DNA from: Ichthyobacteriaceae bacterium
Lineage (GTDB): Bacteria; Bacteroidota; Bacteroidia; Flavobacteriales; JADGDT01
Reading direction: 5' to 3'
NCBI GenBank assembly: GCA_016744755.1
Contig: JADGDT010000004.1
Coordinates: 3,617 to 67,616 of the forward strand
Length of the DNA stretch: 64,000 nucleotides
The translations under genes were made by a program, and so were the position numbers. Below the pieces are notes generated by a model. That model saw only the letters and a program-made list of their open reading frames with translations, did not search any database and was not told where the DNA came from. Below, piece by piece: positions 38,254 through 48,081 of this stretch (positions within the stretch are counted from its first letter, which is position 1; every line of letters starts with the position of its first letter).

Positions 38254-38985
38254 ATGACTGAGAACAATTCATTAAATTCAAAAAAAACATACAAACATGG
38301 TATTTTTCAATATTGCGATAGGTGGTGTGAAAAATGTGAACACATAGATGAATGTCTTTACTATGATGTAAATAAAAAGTTCTTCCTTTCAGGAAATAAA
38401 GAGTTTAGTTTTTGGGATAAAATAGAGGATATTGTCAATCTTACAATAGACGATCTAGGACTTGTTTCTAAGTCTATGGGAGTAAATTTAGATAGTTTTT
38501 CTAAAAGATTCTCTAAAACTAATAGCGAAGAAACTTTTTCTGAAGGATATTTCCTATTTGAGAAAACAGAAGAATACAGTAAAATAGTAAACGAATGGTT
38601 CAACAACTTTGCAAAAGAACCACTTCCTATAGATAAAGGAGATATCAAGCACAAAGTATCTACTAAAGAACTTGCAGAGAGTATGCAACGCCTAACTAAA
38701 GCAATTGAATACATTAGATGGTATCAAGATTTTATTTCTAAAAAACTAAAAAAAGCTCTTAATAGCAAGCACGAATTTAAAGATGGATTCCACAAAGGTT
38801 TTGCTAAAGTTGTACTAATTGCTTTAGACAGATCTATAGAGTCATGGGGAAGCATAACAGATCACATCCCAGGAACATCAGAAAAAATATCTAACCAGCT
38901 GTTGCTACTGAAAAAAATAAGAGAAGAGGTAGAAAAAGAATTCCCCTTTGCTAGATCTTACAATAGAGATGGCTTAGACGGTTAG
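38254..38985 (+). CDS. Hypothetical helical protein with an N-terminal C-x3-C-x2-C-x5-C motif
   Basis: Start taken at the ATG 2 codons inside the tracked TTG ORF. Cys21, Cys25, Cys28 and Cys34. No family recognised. Confidence 0.55.
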   Translation: MTENNSLNSKKTYKHGIFQYCDRWCEKCEHIDECLYYDVNKKFFLSGNKEFSFWDKIEDIVNLTIDDLGLVSKSMGVNLDSFSKRFSKTNSEETFSEGYFLFEKTEEYSKIVNEWFNNFAKEPLPIDKGDIKHKVSTKELAESMQRLTKAIEYIRWYQDFISKKLKKALNSKHEFKDGFHKGFAKVVLIALDRSIESWGSITDHIPGTSEKISNQLLLLKKIREEVEKEFPFARSYNRDGLDG

Positions 38986-39130
38986 ACTAACCCTTAGTCT
39001 GTAGCAGCAGTTAAATTAATTTAATTGCTGTTTTTTTTTGAAAAAATCTAACAATAAATACAATGTCATTTTAATTAATAAATCTTCAAAAGATTCGTTA
39101 TTTTGCAACATTATACTTTAACATCAATTT

Positions 39131-40750
39131 ATGTACAAAATATTTAGAAGATTACTTGTTGCAATTTTTACAATTATTATTGCTGTTCAGTGTGCCAATC
39201 CAGGTAGTCCCTCTGGTGGGCCTAAAGATGAGCTTCCTCCAGTGATGCTTTCTTCTACACCCGAGAATTCGAGCACAAATTTTAATAGCGATAAAATTAC
39301 AATGGAATTTGATGAACTTATAAAATTTAAGGATCTGAAAAAACAATTGGTTATTTCTCCTCCAATGAAATACGAACCAATAATTAAACCTTCTGGTACT
39401 GCAATGGACAAGGTGAAAGTTCAAATCTTAGATACTCTTGCCGAAAACACCACCTACACTATTAATTTCGGAAATGCTCTGCAAGACAATAACGAGGGGA
39501 ATATCTATAACAACTTCAGATATATTTTTTCTACAGGTGATTATATTGATTCTCTTTCTATAAAAGGTAAGATATCGAATGCATTTATGGATTCTTTTGA
39601 GAAAAATACAATGGTAATGCTTTATCTAATTGATACTGCTTTTAATGATTCTACTATTTTCAATAGCATACCTACTTACGTTACAAACACAATTGAAAGT
39701 GATACTTTTAAAATTGATAATGCTAAAGCAGGAACATACCTAATGGTAGCTATTGAAGAAAAAACTAGAAACTTAAAATTCAATCCTAGTCAAGATAAAA
39801 TTGCTTTCTATCCTGAATACATAACTCTACCTGATACTAATAAATATGAATTAAAGCTTTACAAACAGAATTCAGATTTTAGTATAAAAAGGCCTATACA
39901 TTCTGGTAAAGGTAAAGTTTCGTTTACTTTCGAAGGCAAACCCGAAGACATAAAAATTTCTAGATTATTACCTATTAAAAGCGATACGGTTATGGATATG
40001 CTTTATTTCTCGAAATATAACGACTCCGCTAGCTATTGGTATAGTGCTAGAGAGGCCGATTCAATTCAGTTTCTAATACAATCTGAAAAGTTTAAAGTTA
40101 ACGATACTGTAACAGTTACTCTAAAAAAACAAAAGAAGATTGATGCTAGCTTTGAGCCTACTAACAGAAGTGGATTAACTCCAAATAAAAGGTTGAAAAT
40201 AACTTCTAACTCTCCGATAACATCATTTATTAGTGATTCTATTTCGGTAATGAATTTAGCAGATTCTACAATTGTTAATTTTAATGCTTCCATTAAAGAT
40301 AGAAATAAACTACTACTAGATTTCGAACCGCAGTACAAACATAAATATGCTGTAGAGTTGTTGCCAGGAGCAATTACAAATTTCTTTGGAGAAGTAAATG
40401 ATACTATAATTTTCCGTTCATCAGTAAAAGCAAAAACTGAATTTGGCGAAATTATTTTAACAATAAAAAACGTAGCAACATATCCTATTATTCTTGATTT
40501 AATAAACGAGAAAGGAGATAAAATCTTTGAAAGAATACACGCAAAAGAGGATCAAGCATTTACCTTTTCAAACTTAAACCCAGGTAAATATAAATTGCGT
40601 TTAATATACGACGACAACGGTAACGAATATTGGGATCCAGGACATTTTTTAAAAAAACAAATGCCCGAAGAGGTTAAATATTTCCCTGAAGTAATTGACC
40701 TTAAAGCCAATTGGGATGTTCAACAAGAATGGATACTGCTAAAAGAATAG
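39131..40750 (+). CDS. Ig-like (SbsA/Big_5-like) domain lipoprotein
   Basis: Lipobox AVQC followed by ANPGSPSGGPKDELPP, typical of this family's N-terminus. Assignment is from memory. Confidence 0.55.
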   Translation: MYKIFRRLLVAIFTIIIAVQCANPGSPSGGPKDELPPVMLSSTPENSSTNFNSDKITMEFDELIKFKDLKKQLVISPPMKYEPIIKPSGTAMDKVKVQILDTLAENTTYTINFGNALQDNNEGNIYNNFRYIFSTGDYIDSLSIKGKISNAFMDSFEKNTMVMLYLIDTAFNDSTIFNSIPTYVTNTIESDTFKIDNAKAGTYLMVAIEEKTRNLKFNPSQDKIAFYPEYITLPDTNKYELKLYKQNSDFSIKRPIHSGKGKVSFTFEGKPEDIKISRLLPIKSDTVMDMLYFSKYNDSASYWYSAREADSIQFLIQSEKFKVNDTVTVTLKKQKKIDASFEPTNRSGLTPNKRLKITSNSPITSFISDSISVMNLADSTIVNFNASIKDRNKLLLDFEPQYKHKYAVELLPGAITNFFGEVNDTIIFRSSVKAKTEFGEIILTIKNVATYPIILDLINEKGDKIFERIHAKEDQAFTFSNLNPGKYKLRLIYDDNGNEYWDPGHFLKKQMPEEVKYFPEVIDLKANWDVQQEWILLKE

Positions 40751-40766
40751 TGAGGTTTAAATTACT

Positions 40767-40804
40767 AAAAAGACCTTTAAGAGATTATCTTAAAGGTCTT
40801 TTAT
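40767..40804. terminator. Bidirectional rho-independent terminator
   Basis: AAAAGACCTTTAAGA/TCTTAAAGGTCTTTT stem between convergent genes. Confidence 0.8.
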
Positions 40805-40839
40805 AATAACTAATTTTTATTAAGCATATACCATTATTG

Positions 40840-42903
40840 TTAATAATTCAATATTTCTTCAATTTTCACTCTTACCTTATCAGCATTCGGAAGCATTATT
40901 TTCTCGTAAACTTCATTCAACGGAATTGCAGGAATATTTACCGACCCAATAATATCAACAGGTGCATCAAGATACTTGAAACACTCTTTTTGTATCCACC
41001 CAACTAAGGCTATTCCAAAAGAATTTCTTTGGGCTTCTTCTACTACTACCAAAATTCTACCGTGTTGTTTAGCTTTGCTCAAAATCAAATCTTCCTCTAG
41101 TGGTACAATTGTTCTTAGGTCGATAATCTCTACTTGACCTTTATATTTTTTCGAAGCATTAACAGACCAGTGTACTCCCATACCGTAAGTAACAATCAGC
41201 ATAGAGTTTCCTTTGTCTATCTCTTCTTGTTTTGCCTCTTGCTCTATCCTAGCCTTCCCTATTGGGATAAAATAATCATCCGCAGGTTCAATAGTTTTAG
41301 CTTTTTCTGTACCCTTCATTTTGCTCCAGTACAAACCTTTGTGCTCAAGCATAATTACAGGATTAGGATCTAAAATTGCCGCTTTCATCAACCCCTTCAT
41401 ATCCGCTGCATTTGATGGGTAAACAATCTTAACCCCAATAATATTGGTGAGGATAGTCTCTATGCTAGATGAGTGATAAGGCCCTCCGTTGCCATAAGCT
41501 CCTATTGGCACACGTATCAACGATTGTACTGGCCATTGTCCGTTAGATAAATAACTAGACCTACTAAGCTCAGTAAATAATTGGTTTAATCCTGGCCAAA
41601 TATAATCGGCGAATTGAACTTCTACAATAGGCTTAAGACCTACAGCACTCATACCTACTGTACTACCAATAATAAATGCCTCTTGAATTGGAGTATTAAA
41701 AACCCTGTCTTTACCAAATTTTTCGGCAAGAGTAAAAGCCTCTCTAAAAACTCCTCCCAATCTTCTTCCAACGTCTTGCCCGTATAAAAGCGACTCAGGA
41801 TATTTACGCATAGTTTCTTCAACTGCATGCAAAGCAGCATCAACCATCATCACTACTTCTCCATTCTCTGGAACCCTAGTACCAACTTCTTCTTTTATTA
41901 CTGTTTCTTCCCAAACATGAGTTTGAAAATCTTCAGGATCTGGCTCATCCTCTAAAATTACTTTCTGCCAAAGTGAATGTAAATCATCTTTTATCTCTGT
42001 TTCTACTTTTACAATTTCCTCTTCACTGAAATTATTATCGAGAAGAACTCTACGAATTTTTGGTAGAGGATCCCTTGCTTCATGCTCTTCTAGGTCGTCT
42101 CTATACCATTGTTTTTGTACACCAGATGTGTGATGACCCAACAACGGAACCGATGCTCTTATTAAAAAAGGTCTTCTTTCTTTTCTTACAATTTCTATGA
42201 CCTCTTGTATTGTTTCAAAGGATTCTACGAAATCACTACCGTCAATATTCCTAGTTTCTAAACCTTCAAATCCAGATGCAAATTTAATAGAATCATTAGA
42301 TCTAACCTCCTCTGCTTTTGCCGAAATATCCCAACCATTATCCTGTACCAAATAAATAATTGGTAACTGTTTAAGAACTGCCATGTGCAATGCTTCAGAA
42401 ACTTCACCTTCAGTCATGGCAGCATCGCCAATAGAACAAACTACTATTGGTTTCTTCTCCAAATCATCAGCAATACCAATAGTTTCTTTGTGTTTAATTC
42501 CCATTGCAGCACCAGTAATTGGGATTGCTTGCATACCAGTAGCGGAAGATTGAAATGGAATTTTAGGAAAATCAGGATGTTTTAGCGATGGATGACAATA
42601 GTAATGTCTACCACCCGAAAATGCATCATTTTTTTTAGCCAGTAAATTCAACATTAATTGATACGACGAAATATTCATTCCCAGAAGCATGGCATCATCT
42701 CGATAGTAAGGAGCTACAAAATCTTGAGTGAGAAGTTGCATTCCCATTGCAACCTGCACAGCTTCGTGCCCTCGCGAAGTAGAATGTACATACTTGTATG
42801 CAATCTTTTCGTTTTCGGCATATAGATCGTTATGACTTTTAGCTCGAAACATTTTTTTGTATCCTTCTAAAAGTATCTCTTTATTGATAGTTTGTAAAGT
42901 CAT
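40840..42903 (-). CDS. Fused alpha/beta E1 component of a 2-oxoacid dehydrogenase (TPP-dependent)
   Basis: 687 aa. N-terminal E1-alpha TPP motif (GDAAMTEGE...N) and C-terminal E1-beta transketolase-like half. Confidence 0.85.
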   Translation of the reverse strand: MTLQTINKEILLEGYKKMFRAKSHNDLYAENEKIAYKYVHSTSRGHEAVQVAMGMQLLTQDFVAPYYRDDAMLLGMNISSYQLMLNLLAKKNDAFSGGRHYYCHPSLKHPDFPKIPFQSSATGMQAIPITGAAMGIKHKETIGIADDLEKKPIVVCSIGDAAMTEGEVSEALHMAVLKQLPIIYLVQDNGWDISAKAEEVRSNDSIKFASGFEGLETRNIDGSDFVESFETIQEVIEIVRKERRPFLIRASVPLLGHHTSGVQKQWYRDDLEEHEARDPLPKIRRVLLDNNFSEEEIVKVETEIKDDLHSLWQKVILEDEPDPEDFQTHVWEETVIKEEVGTRVPENGEVVMMVDAALHAVEETMRKYPESLLYGQDVGRRLGGVFREAFTLAEKFGKDRVFNTPIQEAFIIGSTVGMSAVGLKPIVEVQFADYIWPGLNQLFTELSRSSYLSNGQWPVQSLIRVPIGAYGNGGPYHSSSIETILTNIIGVKIVYPSNAADMKGLMKAAILDPNPVIMLEHKGLYWSKMKGTEKAKTIEPADDYFIPIGKARIEQEAKQEEIDKGNSMLIVTYGMGVHWSVNASKKYKGQVEIIDLRTIVPLEEDLILSKAKQHGRILVVVEEAQRNSFGIALVGWIQKECFKYLDAPVDIIGSVNIPAIPLNEVYEKIMLPNADKVRVKIEEILNY

Positions 42904-43044
42904 TTATTTAAAGTGTATGTGTAAAGTGATGTAAATTTAACAAAATCTTTCTACCTCCATTAGATGTATCCAAATAATAACACATAGTATTTTTTACTTA
43001 GTTATGTTTGTAAATTATGATGGGAGATTTCCGAATTTTTGAGT

Positions 43045-43052
43045 TAATTTTG
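43045..43052 (+). promoter_or_regulatory. Candidate -7 box TAATTTTG
   Basis: Matches TAnnTTTG and lies 19 nt upstream of the rnpA ATG. Confidence 0.3.
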
Positions 43053-43070
43053 TATCATCAATAATAAGAT

Positions 43071-43460
43071 ATGTCTGAAATAAAAAAATATACTTACGGG
43101 AAAGAAGAGAAGCTAAAACGACGAAAGTTGATAGATGAAATCTTCACAACAGGAGATACATTCTCAAGTTATCCTTTCAGAGTATTTTATAAAAAGATGG
43201 GATTTGATGCTAATGTAAAAGCTCAAGTAGGAGTATCGGTTTCGAAAAGAAATTTCAAACACGCTGTAGATAGAAATAGATTAAAAAGATTGATGCGTGA
43301 AGCGTATCGTTTGAACAAGTATACTCTTCTTGAGAATCTAGATCAACAAATTGTAGTGATGATAATTTATACTCAACGTAAAGAACTTCCTTTTGATCTA
43401 ATAAAATCTAAAATGAACTCAACACTTAAAAAGCTTTGTGCAGAAATAGAAAAAGCTTAG
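43071..43460 (+). CDS. rnpA: Ribonuclease P protein component
   Basis: 129 aa, basic, with the KLKRRKLIDEIF...FRVFY pattern and the RNR-like motif NRLKRLMRE. Confidence 0.85.
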   Translation: MSEIKKYTYGKEEKLKRRKLIDEIFTTGDTFSSYPFRVFYKKMGFDANVKAQVGVSVSKRNFKHAVDRNRLKRLMREAYRLNKYTLLENLDQQIVVMIIYTQRKELPFDLIKSKMNSTLKKLCAEIEKA

Positions 43461-43487
43461 TTTAGATTATTCAAACTAATCACTTTC

Positions 43488-44267
43488 ATGGAATATACTA
43501 ATTACAAAATACATCACCTAAAAGGTTACATACAAAGCTTGTATTTAGTAGAATATCCCGATAAGTTACTTTTGCTTGACGGTGGCAGTAGAGGAGATGT
43601 AAAACGAATTGAAAATTTCATCACCGAAACTTTAAATAGAAAAATTAGTGACTTAAAATTAATAGTAGTTACTCACCTTCACCCCGACCATGCAGGTGCA
43701 GCACCTCATCTTCGCAAGAAACACAATATCCCAATTGCAGGGCATCCCGAACTTGATTATTGGTACAATGGTTTCTGGGGAATTATCCAGCACTTTATAG
43801 ATACACTTTTAGCGTGGTATGTTGCTACAAAATCTAGAAATAACTACAAACGGATGTGGTATCAACGCTCGTTAAAACCTGATTTTGAATTATGCGATGG
43901 TCAACATTTACCTGAGTTTTACGATTGGGAAGTAATTTGTACTCCCGGACATACAACTCACGATATTTCTATTTACAACAGAAAGGATAAAATTATTTAC
44001 ATTGGCGATTTAGCAATAAAACTTGGCGGTAAATTTAACCTACCTTTTCCTGTAGCTTTACCCGATGTAATGGAAAAATCTCTAGAAAAAGTAATGAATC
44101 TAGAAATTGACAAAATACTTTTTGCCCACGGAGGAGTTGTTGACGAAGACTACATAGAAGTTTTTACCGCTGTTAAATCTAATTTAAAAAATTACCCTCC
44201 AAAAAAGCTTAATAAAATGAAATGGTTTACAAATTTGAACGGAGTTATCAAAAAGCACAAGAAGTAA
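43488..44267 (+). CDS. MBL-fold metallo-hydrolase
   Basis: THLHPDHAG metal-binding motif. Confidence 0.85.
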   Translation: MEYTNYKIHHLKGYIQSLYLVEYPDKLLLLDGGSRGDVKRIENFITETLNRKISDLKLIVVTHLHPDHAGAAPHLRKKHNIPIAGHPELDYWYNGFWGIIQHFIDTLLAWYVATKSRNNYKRMWYQRSLKPDFELCDGQHLPEFYDWEVICTPGHTTHDISIYNRKDKIIYIGDLAIKLGGKFNLPFPVALPDVMEKSLEKVMNLEIDKILFAHGGVVDEDYIEVFTAVKSNLKNYPPKKLNKMKWFTNLNGVIKKHKK

Positions 44268-44283
44268 AAAATCTAATAAAACT

Positions 44284-44682
44284 GGTTCTACCACTAATTC
44301 AGTGTAACAATTATCACCCTGAGACTTAAGCTTTTTTCAAAAAAACTCCAATGGGTTAATGACGATTTAAACCTCGCAAAGTCGCAAATACACTAAGGAA
44401 ATTAGCTTTGTGACTCTGCCACTTTGTGAGATAAACACAAAGTCGTAATGGGTAGCGAGCCTGCTTGCAGTAGGCAAGTCCAAAGAAAGCCTACCTAACG
44501 ATAGGTTGAGTTGAAAAGTCTGTACTGAACGTAGTCAAATGTAGTCTATCCCAAAATAGATTACATTATGTTCTAACTGTTTCTATATATTTCAGATACA
44601 TTCCCTTAATTTCATTAAGTGAATCTCGTTCAATATGACGGTTTTTCTAAATTTGAAAATCCATTAAAATAACAGTAAAACC
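44284..44682 (+). mobile_element. MITE-like element, copy E3 (399 bp, longest)
   Basis: Left end GGTTCTACCACTAATTCAGTGTAACAATTATCACCCTGAG. The right end TCAATATGACGGTTTTTCTAAATTTGAAAATCCATTAAAATAACAGTAAAACC aligns with the right ends of E1 and E5. An internal block is shared with E1. Flanks match only 5/8. Confidence 0.6.
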
Positions 44683-44694
44683 AATAAATTTTTA

Positions 44695-45315
44695 TCACAG
44701 ATTAAAAGCCAATTTCAGCCCCGATATAAACATGTCAATACCAATCACACCAATTATTAAACCCATAATTTTTGCAATAACTTGAATTACGTTATCTCCT
44801 ATTTTTTCAACAATAAAATCGCTAGATCTGAAAGCTAAATAAGTAAGTATAGACACTAATGCAAATGAAGATATTGTGGTAACTACAGAAATAGGTTCAT
44901 TGGGATTCACATAATTCATTGCAGTTACAATTGTACCTGGACCTGCTAGAATAGGTGTTGCAAGTGGAGAAATTGCTTGTCCTAAATCAAAATCTTTTAG
45001 AGCAACTTTAGTGTTTTTTGTCGACGGCTTTTTTGATTGCACCATTTCTAGTCCAACCATAGAAATTAATAAACCTCCAAATATTTTAAATCCTGGAATT
45101 GTTATTCCGAAGAATGTGAATAGGTAAGATCCTAAAGCAACAAAAACTGCAACTACTATAAATGCAACTAATGTAGATTTAAAAGCCACCTCTTTTTTAG
45201 TCTCATTATCAGCTTCCTTGGTTATGGTTATAAAAAAAGGAGTCATTGCAATAGGATTCATTATTGCGAATAGTCCTGAAAAAGATGCTATAAAAAAAGC
45301 CAATGTCTGATCCAT
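44695..45315 (-). CDS. MarC family (UPF0056) membrane protein
   Basis: 206 aa, 6 TM segments, N-terminal FAIMNPI..PFF pattern. Confidence 0.85.
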   Translation of the reverse strand: MDQTLAFFIASFSGLFAIMNPIAMTPFFITITKEADNETKKEVAFKSTLVAFIVVAVFVALGSYLFTFFGITIPGFKIFGGLLISMVGLEMVQSKKPSTKNTKVALKDFDLGQAISPLATPILAGPGTIVTAMNYVNPNEPISVVTTISSFALVSILTYLAFRSSDFIVEKIGDNVIQVIAKIMGLIIGVIGIDMFISGLKLAFNL

Positions 45316-45340
45316 CTTTGTATTGTATTAAATCTTTAAA

Positions 45341-45386
45341 ATAAAAAAGTTCCACAATGTTTGCAATAAACAGAATGGAACTTTTA
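45341..45386 (-). terminator. Rho-independent terminator (minus strand)
   Basis: AAAAGTTCCA/TGGAACTTTT stem with a T-run on the minus strand, downstream of 45407..45985. Confidence 0.65.
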
Positions 45387-45406
45387 AAAGTAGATAGATG
45401 CTAAAA

Positions 45407-45985
45407 TTAGCGTCTTCTTCCTCCACCACCCATTCTGAAGTGGTCCATGTTTTTTTGAACAGGCATTTTAATTTGCGACTGTAGTTGTTTAATCTGATCT
45501 GTCAACATCTTAGACTTATCAAGTTTCTTTGCTGCTGTTAAGTATCTTTGAGCTTCCTGCTTTCTAGCTTTAGCCATTACCAATGCCGATAATTGTAGAT
45601 TTGCCATTGCTTTGTCATGATCCATATTCAAACCAATTTCCAATGCTTTCTTAAAATTCTTTTCTGCACTACCCATTGCTTTCCCTGATTGTTCTTGAGA
45701 ATCAATCAAACCACTTAAGTAATAATAATATGCTTGTTGAGATTTCACCAAACTAGTATCAGGATGTTTTATATATCCTAAAAATTTTGCTGCTTTTTCG
45801 AAATTTTGTTTTCTAAGGAACCAAAAAGTCAAAAGTATCATTTCGTTCTTGAAATAAGTAAAAAGTATAACTCCGCCCAACAATATTACTGCTATACCAT
45901 TTCCAATATATGAATCTGTGATAAGGAATATACCGTAAGTAAATGCGGCTACTGATAATAAAATTCTAATTATTTTTGATAACAT
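45407..45985 (-). CDS. Hypothetical membrane protein with a TPR-like soluble domain
   Basis: Two N-terminal TM helices, a helical repeat region and a GGGGRRR tail. Confidence 0.5.
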   Translation of the reverse strand: MLSKIIRILLSVAAFTYGIFLITDSYIGNGIAVILLGGVILFTYFKNEMILLTFWFLRKQNFEKAAKFLGYIKHPDTSLVKSQQAYYYYLSGLIDSQEQSGKAMGSAEKNFKKALEIGLNMDHDKAMANLQLSALVMAKARKQEAQRYLTAAKKLDKSKMLTDQIKQLQSQIKMPVQKNMDHFRMGGGGRRR

Positions 45986-46080
45986 ATGTTCCTAAAGTTT
46001 AAATCTTTCCCTAAATAAAATAAAAGGGAGTAAGTAATTAAGGGCGCAAAAGTAATGAATTTTAGAAAATACATTGATAT

Positions 46081-46719
46081 TTATTTATGACTTTTGTTCT
46101 TTAAGTTTTTATACGCCATTACACCTGCTTCAATTCTAGTATTAAGAGAGTTTTCACTAGGAGGAATAGGGCACGAATACTTGTGATTATATGCACAATA
46201 TGGGTTATATGATTTATTAAAATCAATTACTAGCACTTTGCCTTCAGGTATTTTTAAGTCGATATATTTACCTCCAGAATAAGAACTATTACCAGATGTT
46301 AGATCAGTATAAGGAATAAACAAGTGATCTTCGTAGCCTTCTATATTCATTGCTTTTTGATTCTGATAAACATTTAGTTGGTATATTTTTCCATCAATCT
46401 CAAAAGTAGCAACTCCATATTTTTTATACTCGGGTAATCTATCTGTTGTTGTTGGCATTCCAAAAACTGGCTCGTAAGGTGTTCTTTCTAAATTTGCTTC
46501 TACTCTAAATTTAGAGTCTATCGTGTAAAAATCTAAACCTTTAAAAACAGAAAGACCTTCTTTAGTTAGAGGAGATTCTAGTGGTTTTTCAAACTCTGAA
46601 TTTTGTTCCTTCTGCCAGGTTTGTACTTCTATCTTAAATCCTGTGTTTTGTTCTTGAGCAGAGACACCTATACTTATTGATAAAAATAGAGATAATCGGA
46701 GTAATTGTAATATTTTCAT
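46081..46719 (-). CDS. DUF1684 family protein
   Basis: Signal peptide and a C-terminal pattern YNPYCAYN..YSCPIPP typical of DUF1684. Confidence 0.75.
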   Translation of the reverse strand: MKILQLLRLSLFLSISIGVSAQEQNTGFKIEVQTWQKEQNSEFEKPLESPLTKEGLSVFKGLDFYTIDSKFRVEANLERTPYEPVFGMPTTTDRLPEYKKYGVATFEIDGKIYQLNVYQNQKAMNIEGYEDHLFIPYTDLTSGNSSYSGGKYIDLKIPEGKVLVIDFNKSYNPYCAYNHKYSCPIPPSENSLNTRIEAGVMAYKNLKNKSHK

Positions 46720-46782
46720 TTTTATTAAGTTTTATTTTGTGAAAATAGTAATTTCGCGCTTTGTAAACATAAAAAAATCAAT

Positions 46783-47964
46783 TTGAAAAAATATATATTC
46801 TTTATTCTCTTTTTATTAGGAACAAACTATTCCTGTAATACAGACACCCCAACTGTAAAAAAGGTTAAAATTAAAGAAATAGAGAAATTTAAAGAAGAAG
46901 AAATTATTTTAGAATTTAACGATGAGGTTGTTTCTAAAATTGATAAATATTTTGATTACAGAAGAAGAATTGGAAGATTTAATGGAGTAGTACTTTTTGC
47001 AGATGGAAACACCGTTTTTCAAAAAGCTTATGGGTTTTCAAATTTCAGAGAGAAAGATTCGCTCACAATCAACACTAGTTTTCAACTAGCCTCGGTTTCT
47101 AAAACAGTTACAGGAACAGCAATACTAATACTTAAGGATGAAGGCAAAATATCTCTTTCAGATTCTATTCAAAGATTTTTACCAAATTTCCCATATAAAG
47201 GAATTACAATAGAGCAACTACTTTCTCATAGAAGTGGATTAGGTAACTATGTTTATTGGACAGAAAAGTATTGGCTAAATCAAGACTCACTGATGAGTAA
47301 TGATGATGTTCAGAAAATGATGTCAGAACATAAGCCTGCAGTTTATTACAGACCTAATAGAAAATATAATTACAACAATACAAATTTTGAGCTCTTAGCT
47401 ACTATAGTTGAGAAAGTATCGGGCTTAAGTTTTGAAGAGTATTTGAAACAAAATATTTTCACTCCTCTAAAAATGGAAGATTCATTTCTATTTTCTAGGT
47501 CAAGCATAAAAACACACGAATCAGCTACAGGATATAAAAATAAATGGAGACCGTATTCATATTTTTTCTTGGATGGAGTACATGGAGATAAAGGTCTGTA
47601 TTCTACTGTTGGAGATTTATACAAGTTTGATAGAGCAATGCGTAAAGGGTTTCTACTATCCGATTCTACCAAAACAGATGCATATACAAATAGATCTAAA
47701 TACTATAGAAAACCCTACGGTCTAGGCTGGAGGCTTGACACCTACAAAGGCAATAAGGTAATTTACCACCACGGTTGGTGGCGAGGATTCAAAACATATT
47801 TCATAAGAAACATTGAGGATGATAAGACTATAATTATTCTTTCAAATACTGTTAATGGTAGTAAATTCAATAATAAATTGTTATTGAAATTATTTGATGA
47901 TGCCCTTAAATCATCTATTGTAAAAATAGAAAACAAGTCTTCTGAGAGTAAAACAAAAGTATAG
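46783..47964 (+). CDS. Serine hydrolase / beta-lactamase family lipoprotein
   Basis: SVSK (SxxK) motif and a YSN-type region. Uses a TTG start. Confidence 0.8.
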   Translation: MKKYIFFILFLLGTNYSCNTDTPTVKKVKIKEIEKFKEEEIILEFNDEVVSKIDKYFDYRRRIGRFNGVVLFADGNTVFQKAYGFSNFREKDSLTINTSFQLASVSKTVTGTAILILKDEGKISLSDSIQRFLPNFPYKGITIEQLLSHRSGLGNYVYWTEKYWLNQDSLMSNDDVQKMMSEHKPAVYYRPNRKYNYNNTNFELLATIVEKVSGLSFEEYLKQNIFTPLKMEDSFLFSRSSIKTHESATGYKNKWRPYSYFFLDGVHGDKGLYSTVGDLYKFDRAMRKGFLLSDSTKTDAYTNRSKYYRKPYGLGWRLDTYKGNKVIYHHGWWRGFKTYFIRNIEDDKTIIILSNTVNGSKFNNKLLLKLFDDALKSSIVKIENKSSESKTKV

Positions 47965-48081
47965 TTGGCAGTAATTAAGATACATTATATATAAAGACAT
48001 ATCTATCCTTATATTTTGAATGCATTTGATTAAAAGTTACATTTGATACTGAGTTTAATTATCAACTTAAAATCAATACAA

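Noticed and set aside
38254-38985. Radical-SAM enzyme call based on CX3CX2C
   Set aside because: The protein is only 243 aa, looks all-helical, and has no glycine-rich SAM motif or barrel-like pattern. The motif spacing alone is insufficient.
42904-43070. Expected rpmH (ribosomal protein L34) upstream of rnpA
   Set aside because: No Arg/Lys-rich ORF of about 45 codons exists on either strand of the spacer, so rpmH must be elsewhere.
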